Below are positions 23,977 to 34,607 of a stretch of 64,000 nt of DNA, one piece after another (positions within the stretch are counted from its first letter, which is position 1; the number at the start of each line of letters is the position of its first letter). A program made the position numbers and the translations under genes. The notes below the pieces were generated by a model that was not told the origin of the DNA, did not search any database, and saw only the letters and a list, made by a program, of their open reading frames with translations. Origin of the DNA: Pseudomonadota bacterium (GTDB lineage: Bacteria > Pseudomonadota > Gammaproteobacteria > Steroidobacterales > Woeseiaceae); assembly GCA_039821645.1 (NCBI GenBank), contig JBCBNU010000008.1, positions 1,576 to 65,575 of the forward strand. Reading direction: 5' to 3'.

Positions 23977-25964
23977 TCTGCCTGTTTCGCGGCCTGCTCA
24001 CGACGGTAATCGACGAACGCACGATACTCGGCAGCGCTCAGCTCGCCGTCCTTGTTCTGATCAAAGTTGCTTAGGCCACCCTCGGTGAACGCCTGGCGCA
24101 TGTCGTTGGGCATCTCCGCCGGGTCGAGACTTCCATTAAGATCATCGTCCATCGCGCCATAGAACTGGTTGATGCTGAACTGCAACGGATCATGTACCGG
24201 CGCCTCGACCGTGCCGTCTTTCCAGCGGAAAAAGAACCCGCCGTACAGCATTTCCTCGAATGACTGCAGCCCCCAATAGACGGGCTTCGTCGCATCAGGG
24301 TTCGACGGATTACGCTCGCTGTTGTCGTATACCGTGCGGTGCACGAGGCGTGTGCCCGCGGGCACCTCGACCGGCTGTTCAAGTGTGTAGGTATGCTGCC
24401 AGTTGAAGTCGTAACGGGGCACATGCAATAGCGGGGTTACCTTGCCGTCCGGGTAGTGCAGATCAAAGCTCGTGCTCTTGCCGCGGTAGTGCGCGTGTGG
24501 GAACAGGCTGTAGATCACCGCGTCTTCATCGAACTCAAAGTAACCGCGCTCCTGGTGATCACCCTCGCCTGGCGGAATCTGGATATCCCATCCCATAACG
24601 ACCTGTTGACGTAGATGGAATTCGGGTGGCTCCTCGTGGAAGTACAGCGCCACCTCTGACACATCGGTCACCTCACGTCCATAAGTCGTGTAGTGCATTT
24701 GCAGGTTGATCATGCCACCTGCTTTCACAAATACGCCGGTGCCTTCGGGGTAGATGTAGGACTCCTGGCCAGGCGCATAGCCCATCAGGTAGTTCTCGAA
24801 CACCGCCTCCAGCTCACGCTCTTCCGGTACTGGCTGCTCCGAGGTGCCGATCAGCACGTGGTGCACAACCTTGCCTTCACCGGGCTTGATCGTCACTGCG
24901 CGCACCCACACGTCTTTATCGAGTGGGTTCTCAATCGCGGGGAACTGGTAATCGACCACGCCAGTCGCGGGCACCGTGAACGCGGGCGACTGGACCACAA
25001 GATCCGGCTCGCCGAGCGGCCATGCTTCCGGCAACGGTGTCACGGCCTTCAACGGGTCAGGCCCTTCTCCACGAGGTGCGCCCGCTTCGATCCAGTGCAC
25101 GAGCGTTTGCTTCTCGGCAACAGTCAATGCACGCGACGCGCCGATCGGTGGATGATCATCTTCGACCGATACCTCCCACGGTGGCATACGGCGCGTACGT
25201 ACAACCTCGCGAATCATCGGCGCAAACCCACGCACCATCTCGTAGCTCGTCATCTCCCACGAACCAATACCGCCGGGTCTATGGCACGTCGTGCACCGCT
25301 CCTTGAGCATCGGCGCGATCGTTTCGCTGTAGCTGATTTCTGCATGCTGCGCGGTCAGCTCACGCTCCGGGAAGTTCACGATACATCCTACCGCCGGGCG
25401 GCTCGGGTTCGCCACTTCACGGCCTGCAACCACATTGGCGAGCGCGTCCTTCAGGTAGTGCTGCGTCGCTTCCTGCTTTTGCGTCTCGTAGCCCACACGA
25501 TCACTCAGCGCGCCTCGGTAGGCGATCTTCCAGTCGTTAGTGGTGATCACGAGTACCTCACCGGTACGGTCGAGCTCGAGTGCCTCGCCGATCAGCTGCG
25601 TCTCATCTTTGAGAATCGGCATGTCGATACCGAATGCTTCCGCTTCCTCGCGGATCGCCGCGCGCGTGTCCTGAAGACTCGCGTTGATCATGGCGAATAC
25701 CACACCCTGATCTGCGTATTCGTCGCGAACCGCCTTGTAGTCGGAAATCAGGTTGCGACCAATCGGGCAGGCGTTGCCCTGCACCATCAGAACGATAGCC
25801 TTCTGGTCTTTGTAATAGTAGAGCTCGTGTGACTTCCGGTCCTGATCCAGCAGGCGAAAATTCTCAACTCGTTCCACTTTGGCATGCGCTGTCGACGCAA
25901 GGCCGATTAACGCGAGAATAAACAGTCCCAATCGCATTTGCGTAGTCCCCATGAACGCAATCAA
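23958..25964 (-). CDS. Secreted multidomain protein: thioredoxin-fold (redoxin) domain, c-type haem motif, PHM/DBH-like two-copper monooxygenase domains and two EF-hands
   Basis: It has a signal peptide (LFILALIGLASTAHA). The redoxin-like N-terminus is KAIVLMVQGNACPIG. CTTCH is a CXXCH motif. CuH-like His residues are in VVHHVL and LQMHY. CuM-like ligands are in PHAHYRG and EEMLYG. The EF-hand loops are DDDLNGSLDPAE and DQNKDGELSAAE. Confidence 0.7.
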   Translation of the reverse strand: MIAFMGTTQMRLGLFILALIGLASTAHAKVERVENFRLLDQDRKSHELYYYKDQKAIVLMVQGNACPIGRNLISDYKAVRDEYADQGVVFAMINASLQDTRAAIREEAEAFGIDMPILKDETQLIGEALELDRTGEVLVITTNDWKIAYRGALSDRVGYETQKQEATQHYLKDALANVVAGREVANPSRPAVGCIVNFPERELTAQHAEISYSETIAPMLKERCTTCHRPGGIGSWEMTSYEMVRGFAPMIREVVRTRRMPPWEVSVEDDHPPIGASRALTVAEKQTLVHWIEAGAPRGEGPDPLKAVTPLPEAWPLGEPDLVVQSPAFTVPATGVVDYQFPAIENPLDKDVWVRAVTIKPGEGKVVHHVLIGTSEQPVPEERELEAVFENYLMGYAPGQESYIYPEGTGVFVKAGGMINLQMHYTTYGREVTDVSEVALYFHEEPPEFHLRQQVVMGWDIQIPPGEGDHQERGYFEFDEDAVIYSLFPHAHYRGKSTSFDLHYPDGKVTPLLHVPRYDFNWQHTYTLEQPVEVPAGTRLVHRTVYDNSERNPSNPDATKPVYWGLQSFEEMLYGGFFFRWKDGTVEAPVHDPLQFSINQFYGAMDDDLNGSLDPAEMPNDMRQAFTEGGLSNFDQNKDGELSAAEYRAFVDYRREQAAKQAESQAGD

Positions 25965-26018
25965 TAGGCAAATGATGCGCGCTCATCCGACCACCTGCAA
26001 CCAACCCATCACGGTCTG

Positions 26019-26052
26019 AAAAAAAAACGGCCAGACCCCGAAGGATCTGGCC
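26019..26052 (-). terminator. Rho-independent terminator of the TonB-dependent receptor gene
   Basis: The minus strand reads GGCCAGATCC-TTCG-GGGTCTGGCC (10-bp stem, tetraloop) followed by GTTTTTTTTT, 27 nt after the stop codon. Confidence 0.85.
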
Positions 26053-26078
26053 GCCTTAATCAGGCTTTTAACCTGCGA

Positions 26079-28541
26079 TTACTCGCCAAACGTTTTGCGA
26101 ATGGACAGACCGTAGGTACGCGGTGCGTTCGGGTAGCCGTTGAAGCTGCCTTCCTGCGCTACGGTCGGGAATGCACTCTGCAGGAACTCGTCTTCCGTCA
26201 GGTTGCGGCCCCACAGGCCGAATTCCCAGCCGCTCGGCGTTGCAATACCGAAGCTCGCGTTGAGCAGGCCGACTTCGCGAGAAGCGATTTCTTCCGGCAC
26301 GTTTTCGATCACCTGGACATCGCTCTCATACTGGTAGTCACCCCGCGCGAACGCGGTCCAGCCGTTGTTCAGCTCCCAAGTGTATGTCGCTGCGAGGCTG
26401 GCTGAGGTTTCACTGACGCCCGGAGGTGCCGTGCCAGTCAGGTCGCCGACGGAGCTCATGGTGAAGTCGTCAAATTCCGGATCGAGCAGCATCACCGCGA
26501 AGTTCAACTGCAGCTGCTCCGTCGCATACCACAGTGACTCGAACTCGAGACCCGTCGTGGACTGTTCACCCGCGTTGATCAGGCTGAAGCCCGTACCGGT
26601 GAATACGTTCGACTGGAAGCCTTCGATCGACTGATCGAAGATCGTCAAAGCGAAGTTACCGCGGTTGAAAGAGCCCTTAAGGCCCGCTTCAATGACCGTC
26701 GTCTCTTCGGGATCCGCAAAGCGCGTGCCCGGCAACTGCTGAGCCGGTGCAAGTCCGGCAGCCTGCAATGCACCAATATTTTGCGGCAGCGGACGGGAGT
26801 CACGTGACAGGTTCCAGGACGTTGCCTTGAAGCCTGTGCCGTAGCTGACGTAACCGTTAAGGCTGTCCGTCAAATCGTAAGCAAGACGTACGGTATAGGT
26901 AACGTCGGAATCATCAGAAGTTCCCGTCTCTACTTCGTTCGGAATAGAGAGCGTTTGCGGCAGGAACTGGAACGGACGCAGTGCCAGCAACTCGTTACAC
27001 GCCGGCGGCGGGTTGGTGGCAGAGCAAGGCACGTTCGCCAACTCTGGCGGCAAGCCGAGACCTACGCCAATAGCCGCGAAGTCCAACTGTGAGAATACGT
27101 CGTCGTTTTCCTGTCGCAGCGTGATGTCTTTCTCGACCTGCGTGTAGTTCGCGCCCACCGTCGCCGTAAAGCGATCGGTCAGGTAGAAATCGAAGTTCGC
27201 AAAGATCGACAGCGACTGATCGTCCTGCGTCGCAAAATCGCGTGCACCTGCGCCCTCAGCGAAGAACGTGCCTGGCGGCAGGCCAAGACCCGCTTCGAGA
27301 TCAGAGAACGTGTTCGGATCAGCACCTGTTGCTACAGCCAGCTGTTCACCGTATGCGCGGAAGTCAGCGCCGTACAGCAGCGCCGTGTTGTATGCCACAT
27401 CCTCCTGCGCGTAGAACAAACCGAGCAGGAAGTCGGTCTTCTCACCGAAGCTTGTCGTCAGACGAAGCTCTTGTGTGAAGGTGTCGATGTCACGGTCCTC
27501 GAAGTTGCGACCGATCAGGTCTGCACTCGTGAAGTCCGAGTCAGCGTTGGATACTGCGCTCTGGTTACGGAACGCGGTGATGGAGGTCACATCGAAGTTA
27601 TCGAAGCTGAAGTCCATCTGTGCCGAGATGCCGCTGTTCTCGATCTCATTGTCGGAATCGAAGTTGATGAACGTGCCGTAGGAGAACGGATCGTTCGGCA
27701 CCAGGCTGCCTCCTATTCCTTCTATGATGGCACCGGTCGGACCGTTGAACAGATTGGTCGTGCCGCAACAGTTCTCATCGATCTCGTCGAAGTCAGCGAT
27801 GATGCGCATGGAGAACGTTTCGTTCGGTTCGATCAACAGATCACCACGAACCCCGTAGCGGTTACGCTCATTCAGCTCGGAGCCATCCTCGAAGTTATCG
27901 AAGTAGCCGTCGCGCTGGTTGTAGTTGCCCGATAGGCTGAATGCTACGGTCTCCGATAGCGGGCCCGTGACATTGCCGCGGAACACTGTGGAGCCGAAGT
28001 TACCTGCCAGCACTTCAACAGAACCACCCGCTTCAAACTGCGGTGCCTGTGTGACGACACTGATAACACCCGCAGACGCGTTCTTACCAAACAGCGTGCT
28101 CTGCGGACCGCGCAGCACTTCGATACGCTCGAGGTTCGGCAGGTCAGACAAGGCAGATGCCGAACGAGAGCGGTAAACGCCGTCGATGAAGACGCCGACC
28201 GAAGGCTCGATACCCGGGTTGTTAGCACCGTTACCGAAACCGCGGATCAGAAAGTTGGTGTTGCCGGTTGACTGTAACTGGCTTACGCGAAGCGAAGGAA
28301 CAACCGTCTGCAGATCGATCACGTCGAGGATGACCGCTTTTTCAATGGTGTCCGCGTCGGTGACCGATACCGAGATGGGTACTTCCTGCAACGTTTGTTC
28401 GCGTTTTGCAGCCGTGACTATGATCTCTTCGAGAAACGCATCTTCCTGAGCGAATATTGGATTGGTTGCGACGCTCATCAGCGCGCCAAATGTCAGCGCT
28501 GAGCTTATCGCACTACGTCGTAACCCTTTGAAATTACGCAT
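26079..28541 (-). CDS. TonB-dependent outer-membrane receptor
   Basis: It has a signal peptide. The plug region is EEIIVTAAKREQTLQEVPISVSVTD...RVSQLQSTGNTNFLIRGFG...IEVLRGPQSTLFGKNASAGVISV. The rest is a long beta-barrel. Confidence 0.9.
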   Translation of the reverse strand: MRNFKGLRRSAISSALTFGALMSVATNPIFAQEDAFLEEIIVTAAKREQTLQEVPISVSVTDADTIEKAVILDVIDLQTVVPSLRVSQLQSTGNTNFLIRGFGNGANNPGIEPSVGVFIDGVYRSRSASALSDLPNLERIEVLRGPQSTLFGKNASAGVISVVTQAPQFEAGGSVEVLAGNFGSTVFRGNVTGPLSETVAFSLSGNYNQRDGYFDNFEDGSELNERNRYGVRGDLLIEPNETFSMRIIADFDEIDENCCGTTNLFNGPTGAIIEGIGGSLVPNDPFSYGTFINFDSDNEIENSGISAQMDFSFDNFDVTSITAFRNQSAVSNADSDFTSADLIGRNFEDRDIDTFTQELRLTTSFGEKTDFLLGLFYAQEDVAYNTALLYGADFRAYGEQLAVATGADPNTFSDLEAGLGLPPGTFFAEGAGARDFATQDDQSLSIFANFDFYLTDRFTATVGANYTQVEKDITLRQENDDVFSQLDFAAIGVGLGLPPELANVPCSATNPPPACNELLALRPFQFLPQTLSIPNEVETGTSDDSDVTYTVRLAYDLTDSLNGYVSYGTGFKATSWNLSRDSRPLPQNIGALQAAGLAPAQQLPGTRFADPEETTVIEAGLKGSFNRGNFALTIFDQSIEGFQSNVFTGTGFSLINAGEQSTTGLEFESLWYATEQLQLNFAVMLLDPEFDDFTMSSVGDLTGTAPPGVSETSASLAATYTWELNNGWTAFARGDYQYESDVQVIENVPEEIASREVGLLNASFGIATPSGWEFGLWGRNLTEDEFLQSAFPTVAQEGSFNGYPNAPRTYGLSIRKTFGE

Positions 28542-28698
28542 CTAAACCCCCGTTTAACGTGCGTCATATAGGATGGAGTGTGCGCCAGAAGCGCACCCAT
28601 GAACGCGCGGAGTATAGAGCACACCTCTCAGATTAGAAACAGGTTATGGCATAAACCCCTAATTATTCAGGAATAATGTTGTGTTAATGAGACACGCG

Positions 28699-30504
28699 TC
28701 ACGCTCGGTCGGATATCGCACGCAAAGCGTCGATCGAAACGCTGTGACAAGTATCGTCGAGTGTGGCGACCAACTGAATGTCCAGCCTCGCCTTGGGCAA
28801 CTCATAGCGGAAGAAGTACTCGCAAGCGGCTAGCTTGCCCTCGTAGAACGCTGAGTCACCGTTCGCCTCGATGCCACTCGCGGCGGCGAGTGCCTGTCGC
28901 AACCAGAGCCACGCAGCCACCACATGTCCGAATCCGTTCAAAAACACCGTGGCGTTCGCCAGCGCCAGCGTGCGGTCCGCGCACTCACCGGTCGCTCTGA
29001 CGGCCTCCAGCACCTCAGCCCACGCACCGTCTAGCTCTGCCGCGTGCGCGGCGAAGCGCGCATCTGCCCTCGCCGCTTCGAGATCATCCGCCATCTCCCC
29101 GGCGAGCAATTGCAAAGCGGCGCCATCACCCAGTCGCACCTTGCGACCGAGAATGTCGAGACCGTGGATCGCCCAGGTGCCCTCGTGGATATGATTAAGT
29201 CGATTGTCGCGGTAGTAGCGCTCGACCGGATAGTCTCGGGTGTAGCCGTAGCCACCGAGGATCTGGATCGCGAGTTTGTTGGCTTCAAGGCAATATTCCG
29301 ATGGCCAGCTCTTGGCCACCGGCGTGAGCAACTCCAGTAGCAACTCGTACGCATCGACGGTGTTCTTGTCCTCACTGATCGACTGGCGATCTTGTAACCA
29401 GCCACAGTACTGAATCAGCGCAAGACCACCCTCTACCCAGACTTTCTGCGCCATCAACATTCGGCGCACATCTGCGTGCTCGATGATCGGCACCTGCGGC
29501 TGCGCTGGATCCTTCGCACCGAGCGGTCGCCCTTGGCGGCGTTCCTGCGCGTAGTCGAGCGAATAGAGATAGCCACCCAGTCCTGCCATCACCGCGGCAA
29601 GCCCAACACCGATGCGCGCTTCGTTCATCATGTGGAACATGTTGGCAAGACCTGCGCCTTCAGCGCCGACAATATAGCCTTCGCTCGCCCCACCCTCGCC
29701 GAAGTTCAGCAAACAGTTCGTGGTGCCGCGCTGCCCCATCTTGTGATTCAAACCCGCAAGCGCAATGTGGTTGTCCTCACCGAGTGATCCATCCTCGTTC
29801 ACGCGAATCTTCGGCACTAGGAACAGGGAAATCCCTTTGACCCCTGCCGGGGCGTCCGGGGTTTTGGCGAGCACCATATGAATGATGTTTTCACTCAACG
29901 GCTGATCACCACCCGAGATCCACATCTTGGTGCCCTCGAGGTGGTAGGTCCCATCCGCCTGCTTAGTGGCCGTCGTGCGAACATCCGCCAGCGATGATCC
30001 CGCCTGTGTCTCCGACAAACACATCGTGCCGAACCAGCGTCCCTCCAACATCGGTGGCAGGAAGCGCGCCTTGAGTTCATCGCTACCGCACACGTTCAAC
30101 ATGTTCGCGTTCGCACCGGTCAGAAACAGATAATTGCTCGCCGCCGTGTTGGCGCAGGAAAACAGCCCACCAATCGCGTGCGAGACAGAGAACGGCAGCT
30201 GCATACCGCCAACATCCTGATCGAAGCCTGTGGTCAACATGCCCGCCTCGGAATAAGCCGCGAGCGCCTTACCCACCTCCGGCATCATCTCGACCTTCCC
30301 GTCGACAAACTTCGGCTCATTCGCATCCAGCTCGGCTGCGAGCGGCGCGAACTCCTCTTCGGCAATCGCTTGCGCCGTATCGAGAATCGCGGCCAATGTC
30401 TCCCTGTCGTATTCAGCATAGCGCGGCGCTTTCAGGACATCCTCGAGCCCAAACACTTCATAAAACAGGAAATCGAGATCGCGGCGACTCACGACTAGCG
30501 ACAT
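28699..30504 (-). CDS. Long-form acyl-CoA dehydrogenase (~600 aa, DmdC/FadE-like, with a C-terminal extension domain)
   Basis: ACAD middle and C-terminal motifs are present (LSETQAGSSLADVRTTA, GGYGYTRDYPVERYYRDNRLNHIHEGT), followed by an extra ~150 aa at the C-terminus. Confidence 0.85.
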   Translation of the reverse strand: MSLVVSRRDLDFLFYEVFGLEDVLKAPRYAEYDRETLAAILDTAQAIAEEEFAPLAAELDANEPKFVDGKVEMMPEVGKALAAYSEAGMLTTGFDQDVGGMQLPFSVSHAIGGLFSCANTAASNYLFLTGANANMLNVCGSDELKARFLPPMLEGRWFGTMCLSETQAGSSLADVRTTATKQADGTYHLEGTKMWISGGDQPLSENIIHMVLAKTPDAPAGVKGISLFLVPKIRVNEDGSLGEDNHIALAGLNHKMGQRGTTNCLLNFGEGGASEGYIVGAEGAGLANMFHMMNEARIGVGLAAVMAGLGGYLYSLDYAQERRQGRPLGAKDPAQPQVPIIEHADVRRMLMAQKVWVEGGLALIQYCGWLQDRQSISEDKNTVDAYELLLELLTPVAKSWPSEYCLEANKLAIQILGGYGYTRDYPVERYYRDNRLNHIHEGTWAIHGLDILGRKVRLGDGAALQLLAGEMADDLEAARADARFAAHAAELDGAWAEVLEAVRATGECADRTLALANATVFLNGFGHVVAAWLWLRQALAAASGIEANGDSAFYEGKLAACEYFFRYELPKARLDIQLVATLDDTCHSVSIDALRAISDRA

Positions 30505-30565
30505 GGGGTGCTCTCCTTTACAGATCGACGCGGAGCATACCGCAGCAGGGTCTGGGAATCTTCAT

Positions 30566-30585
30566 TTACGTTAACGTCAACGTAA
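30566..30585. promoter_or_regulatory. Candidate LiuR (MerR-type) operator: near-perfect 20-bp palindrome TTACGTTAACGTCAACGTAA
   Basis: The palindrome matches its own reverse complement at 18 of 20 positions. It lies 15 nt upstream of the liuR ATG, in the divergent promoter region shared with the acyl-CoA dehydrogenase gene. Confidence 0.45.
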
Positions 30586-30599
30586 GTTAAAGTGCGAGC

Positions 30600-31010
30600 A
30601 TGAGTAAAGTCATCGAAGCCACCTACGCCATCGGGGATCTCGCCGACGAGTTTGGAGTGACCACGCGCACACTGCGTTTTTATGAGGAAAAGGGTTTTCT
30701 GAAACCCGAACGCCGAGGCCGCGTGCGCTATTTCAGTCAGGCGGATCGCGTGCGCCTGCGTCTGCTGCTGCGTGGCAAACGTCTCGGTTTATCGTTGGAG
30801 GAGAGCGCGGAAATCGTCGATCTCTACCAAACGCCCGAGGGCTCAAAGCGTCAGTTGAAAGTGCTGTTGGCAAAGCTCGCCGAGCGACGCGAACAACTGC
30901 TCGAACAAGCGAGAGACCTTGAGGCAACGCTCGATGAACTGGAGCGCGTAGAACAGCAGTGTGGCGACGCGCTCGCACGGCTGGAATCGCACGGCGGGAC
31001 AGCACGATGA
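30600..31010 (+). CDS. liuR: MerR-family transcriptional regulator (LiuR-like)
   Basis: The HTH is [32 protein letters not shown], followed by a C-terminal coiled coil. It is the first gene of the leucine-catabolic operon. Confidence 0.8.
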   Translation: MSKVIEATYAIGDLADEFGVTTRTLRFYEEKGFLKPERRGRVRYFSQADRVRLRLLLRGKRLGLSLEESAEIVDLYQTPEGSKRQLKVLLAKLAERREQLLEQARDLEATLDELERVEQQCGDALARLESHGGTAR

Positions 31011-32614
31011 GCCAAATCGACACAAAGATCGTGACCACAGATGATCGCTTCCGCGAAAACGCCGCGCACATGCGTGCGTTGGTCGAGGACCTCCGCAATG
31101 TCGTCGACAAAGTTTGCGAGGGCGGTGGCGCTGCACGACAGGCGCGTCATGTCGAGCGGGGTAAGTTGCTCGCTCGCGACCGCATCCGAGCCTTGATCGA
31201 TCCCGGCAGTGCGTTTCTTGAGCTTAGCCAGCTCGCCGCGCTCGACGTATACGAAACCGAGGTTCCCGCTGCTGGCATCATCACCGGCGTCGGTGTGATT
31301 CACGGGCGTGAGTGCATGCTTATCGCCAACGATGCCACCGTAAAAGGCGGGAGTTATTTTCCGCTGACCGGCAAGAAGCACCTACGCGCGCAACGCATCG
31401 CGTGGGAAAACCGCCTGCCGTGCATCTATCTCGTCGACTCGGGCGGTGCGTTCCTGCCGATGCAGGACGAAGTGTTCCCCGATCGCGAGCACTTCGGTCG
31501 TTGTTTTTTCCATCAGGCACGCATGTCGGCTGAGGGAATTCCACAGATTGCCGTGGTCATGGGTAGCTGCACCGCCGGCGGTGCATACGTGCCGGCAATG
31601 GCCGATGAATCGATCATCGTGGCTAATCAAGGCACGATCTTTTTGGGCGGACCGCCACTGGTCAAAGCCGCCACCGGTGAACAGGTCACGGCGGAGGCGC
31701 TCGGTGGCGCAGATGTACATTGCCGTGAATCAGGCGTCACCGATCACTATGCACGCAACGACGCACACGCACTGCAACTGGCGCGCGATGCCGTCAAGCG
31801 CCTGAATCGTGAGCCGACCACTGCACACTTGCGTCAGGAATCGGTGCCACCGGCCTATCCTGTCGAAGAGCTTTACGGTGTGGTTCCGAGCACGCTGAAC
31901 ACGCCCTACGATGTGCGCGAGGTCATCGCCCGAATTGTCGATGCGTCGGAGTTTCATGAATTCAAACCGCTCTACGGTGACACCCTCGTGTGTGGATTCG
32001 CAAACGTCGATGGCTACCCGGTGGGTATCGTTGCCAACAACGGCATTCTGTTCTCGGAGTCATCGCTTAAAGGTGCGCACTTCATAGAGTTGTGTACACA
32101 GCGCAAGACGCCGCTCGTGTTCCTGCAAAACATCACCGGCTTTATGGTCGGGCGGCAATACGAAGCACGCGGCATCGCGAAAGATGGCGCGAAGCTTGTG
32201 AACGCGGTCGCGTGCGCAAATGTGCCAAAGATCACTTTCATCATCGGCGGCTCATTCGGCGCCGGCAACTACGGCATGGCCGGACGCGCCTACGATCCAC
32301 GCTTCCTGTTCATGTGGCCGAATGCGCGCATTAGCGTGATGGGTGGTGAGCAGGCAGCAAGTGTCCTGGCCGAAGTCAAACGCGACCAACTCGAACGACA
32401 AGGCGAGACCCTTAGCGAAGCGGCTGAACAAGCAATCAAGCAACCGGTGATCGACAACTATGAGCGCCAGGGCCATCCCTACTACGCCTCGGCAAGACTG
32501 TGGGACGACGGTGTGATCGATCCGGCAGACACGCGTCGCGTGTTGTCGCGGTGTTTATCAGCAAGCCTTAACCGGGAAATCGAAGATACGCAGTTTGGCG
32601 TGTTCCGGATGTAA
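31007..32614 (+). CDS. liuB: Methylcrotonyl-CoA carboxylase, carboxyltransferase (beta) subunit
   Basis: This 535-aa carboxyltransferase contains the conserved blocks [20 protein letters not shown] and FGAGNYGM. It sits next to the biotin-carboxylase subunit and IVD. The ATG at 31007 overlaps the liuR stop (ATGA). Confidence 0.9.
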   Translation: MSQIDTKIVTTDDRFRENAAHMRALVEDLRNVVDKVCEGGGAARQARHVERGKLLARDRIRALIDPGSAFLELSQLAALDVYETEVPAAGIITGVGVIHGRECMLIANDATVKGGSYFPLTGKKHLRAQRIAWENRLPCIYLVDSGGAFLPMQDEVFPDREHFGRCFFHQARMSAEGIPQIAVVMGSCTAGGAYVPAMADESIIVANQGTIFLGGPPLVKAATGEQVTAEALGGADVHCRESGVTDHYARNDAHALQLARDAVKRLNREPTTAHLRQESVPPAYPVEELYGVVPSTLNTPYDVREVIARIVDASEFHEFKPLYGDTLVCGFANVDGYPVGIVANNGILFSESSLKGAHFIELCTQRKTPLVFLQNITGFMVGRQYEARGIAKDGAKLVNAVACANVPKITFIIGGSFGAGNYGMAGRAYDPRFLFMWPNARISVMGGEQAASVLAEVKRDQLERQGETLSEAAEQAIKQPVIDNYERQGHPYYASARLWDDGVIDPADTRRVLSRCLSASLNREIEDTQFGVFRM

Positions 32615-32616
32615 TC

Positions 32617-34599
32617 ATGGAAAAACTACTGATCGCCAATCGCGGTGAAATCGCCTGTCGCATTATCGCCACCGCAAAGAAACTCGGCATACCGACGGTC
32701 GCCGTCTTTTCGACGCCAGACGCTAGCGCACGACATGTCGAGCTGGCCGATGAGGCAGTGCACATCGGCGATGCTGCGCCGCAAGCGTCTTATCTCAAGC
32801 AGTCGGCGGTGCTCGATGCCGCGCGCCGCACAGGAGCGACCGCCATTCATCCGGGTTATGGATTTCTGTCCGAGAACGCGAGCTTTGCGCGCGCGTGTGC
32901 TGACGCGCACATGACGTTTGTCGGACCACCCGCCTCTGCGATTGATGCGATGGGCTCCAAGTCTGCCGCCAAGTCGATCATGCAGGCGGCCGGTGTACCG
33001 CTGTTGCCTGGCTATCACGGCGACGATCAGGCCGACGAGACACTTGAAAAAGCGGCTCTCGACATCGGTTATCCGGTGTTGCTGAAAGCTACGGCCGGGG
33101 GCGGTGGGAAAGGCATGCGAATCGTCGAGTCTGCAGGCGAGTTTGCAAACGCGTTGAAGACAGCGCGGCAAGAGGCTACGAGCGCATTTGGTGACGACAA
33201 GATGTTGGTCGAGAAGTATCTCGGCGCACCACGCCATATCGAGGTGCAGGTCTTTGCCGACACACACGGTAACTGCGTACACCTGCATGATCGTGACTGC
33301 TCCATCCAACGTCGCTATCAGAAAATTGTTGAAGAGGCCCCGGCTCCCGGCCTCGCTGAAGACTTGCGCGAGCGCATGGGCGCGGCAGCGATCGCTGCGG
33401 CTCGCGCCATCGATTACGTCGGCGCAGGCACGGTGGAATTTCTGCTCGAGGGTGACGGTTTCTATTTTATGGAAATGAACACCCGTTTGCAGGTGGAGCA
33501 CCCGGTTACCGAGGCAATCACTGGCGTTGATCTTGTGGCCTGGCAGTTGGCCATCGCCCGTGGCGAGGCGTTGCCGCTGTCGCAGTCGCAGATCCCGCGC
33601 GATGGTCATGCAATTGAGGCACGTATTTATGCCGAAGATGCGGACGCCGGGTTTCTGCCAACGCCAGGCCCAATCCATTCGCTGCGCTGGCCCGACAGCG
33701 AGCCACAAGCGCGCATCGACACCGGCGTTCGATCAGGCGATGTGGTCAGCATTCACTACGATCCAATGATTGCGAAAATGGTCCAATATGCAGACACCCG
33801 CGAGGCTGCGGCCAGCGCGCTGTCCAGAAGTCTGCGCGACACGCTGTTTGTCGGACTCACTACCAATGTCGATTTCCTGATTCGTGTGTTGGACGCTCCA
33901 GCGTTTCTGGCGTCGCATCCCACAACCGCATTTCTCGGTGAGCAGGCTGAAGCCGTTGAACGGCGTGAGCCGTCGAATGACGCAATCGTTACGGCGGCGC
34001 TAGCGCTCTGGCATGAGGCGCAATCCGCACAACCCGGTACTTCTTGGCATACCGGCACGGGATGGTGGCCAAATCAACCGCCGCAAGTGAGTTTTCAGAT
34101 GCAGGTAGGACCGATGGCACTGGATATAACGGTTGGCTTCGATTGCGATGGAACGATGCCGTCCGCCGTGCGCTGGTCAGAGAACGCCGTTGCCTTGGAG
34201 GGTGTTCGCATCTCAACAAACGAATTGGTCTTTGCGCGCGACGGCCATCGGATCCGCACGAGCGCCCTCATTCGAAACGGCATGGGCGTGATCAGCGCCG
34301 GGGCGCGCCAATGGTCAATCGCGAGAATTCCTCCCGATCTGGGCGAGGCATCCGTCGGTGTGTCCGATGGCACTTTACGAGCACCGATGACCGGACGTCT
34401 GGTCGAGCTGCAAGTACGCGCGGGAGACACCGTTAACGCGGGCGACACCATCCTCGTTATGGAGGCCATGAAGATGGCGCACACACTGACCGCGCCGATC
34501 AACGGCACGATCACCGACTGCCACGTCGCACCTGGCGACCTCGTCGAGGGCGGGCAAGTGCTCGTGCTCATTGAACCCGAACAAACCGATACCGATTAG
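32617..34599 (+). CDS. liuD: Methylcrotonyl-CoA carboxylase, biotin-carboxylase/BCCP (alpha) subunit
   Basis: The N-terminus is [14 protein letters not shown]. The ATP-grasp region contains GGGGKGMR. The protein also contains [14 protein letters not shown]. The C-terminal biotinyl motif is MEAMKM. Confidence 0.9.
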   Translation: MEKLLIANRGEIACRIIATAKKLGIPTVAVFSTPDASARHVELADEAVHIGDAAPQASYLKQSAVLDAARRTGATAIHPGYGFLSENASFARACADAHMTFVGPPASAIDAMGSKSAAKSIMQAAGVPLLPGYHGDDQADETLEKAALDIGYPVLLKATAGGGGKGMRIVESAGEFANALKTARQEATSAFGDDKMLVEKYLGAPRHIEVQVFADTHGNCVHLHDRDCSIQRRYQKIVEEAPAPGLAEDLRERMGAAAIAAARAIDYVGAGTVEFLLEGDGFYFMEMNTRLQVEHPVTEAITGVDLVAWQLAIARGEALPLSQSQIPRDGHAIEARIYAEDADAGFLPTPGPIHSLRWPDSEPQARIDTGVRSGDVVSIHYDPMIAKMVQYADTREAAASALSRSLRDTLFVGLTTNVDFLIRVLDAPAFLASHPTTAFLGEQAEAVERREPSNDAIVTAALALWHEAQSAQPGTSWHTGTGWWPNQPPQVSFQMQVGPMALDITVGFDCDGTMPSAVRWSENAVALEGVRISTNELVFARDGHRIRTSALIRNGMGVISAGARQWSIARIPPDLGEASVGVSDGTLRAPMTGRLVELQVRAGDTVNAGDTILVMEAMKMAHTLTAPINGTITDCHVAPGDLVEGGQVLVLIEPEQTDTD

Positions 34600-34607
34600 G
34601 AACTCCA

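Noticed and set aside
24693-25832. 379-aa ORF on the plus strand
   Set aside because: It is antisense to the redoxin/cytochrome c/monooxygenase gene. The sequence is His/Arg-rich and low-complexity, with no motifs.
28580-28596. Short hairpin GTGCGC-CAGAA-GCGCAC between the acyl-CoA dehydrogenase and TonB-receptor genes
   Set aside because: The stem is only 6 bp and there is no U-tract on either strand. This is not enough to call a terminator or a riboswitch.
32626-33708. 360-aa ORF on the minus strand
   Set aside because: It is entirely antisense to the well-supported MCC alpha-subunit gene. It is Arg/Cys-rich with no recognisable motifs. This is a typical shadow ORF of GC-rich DNA.
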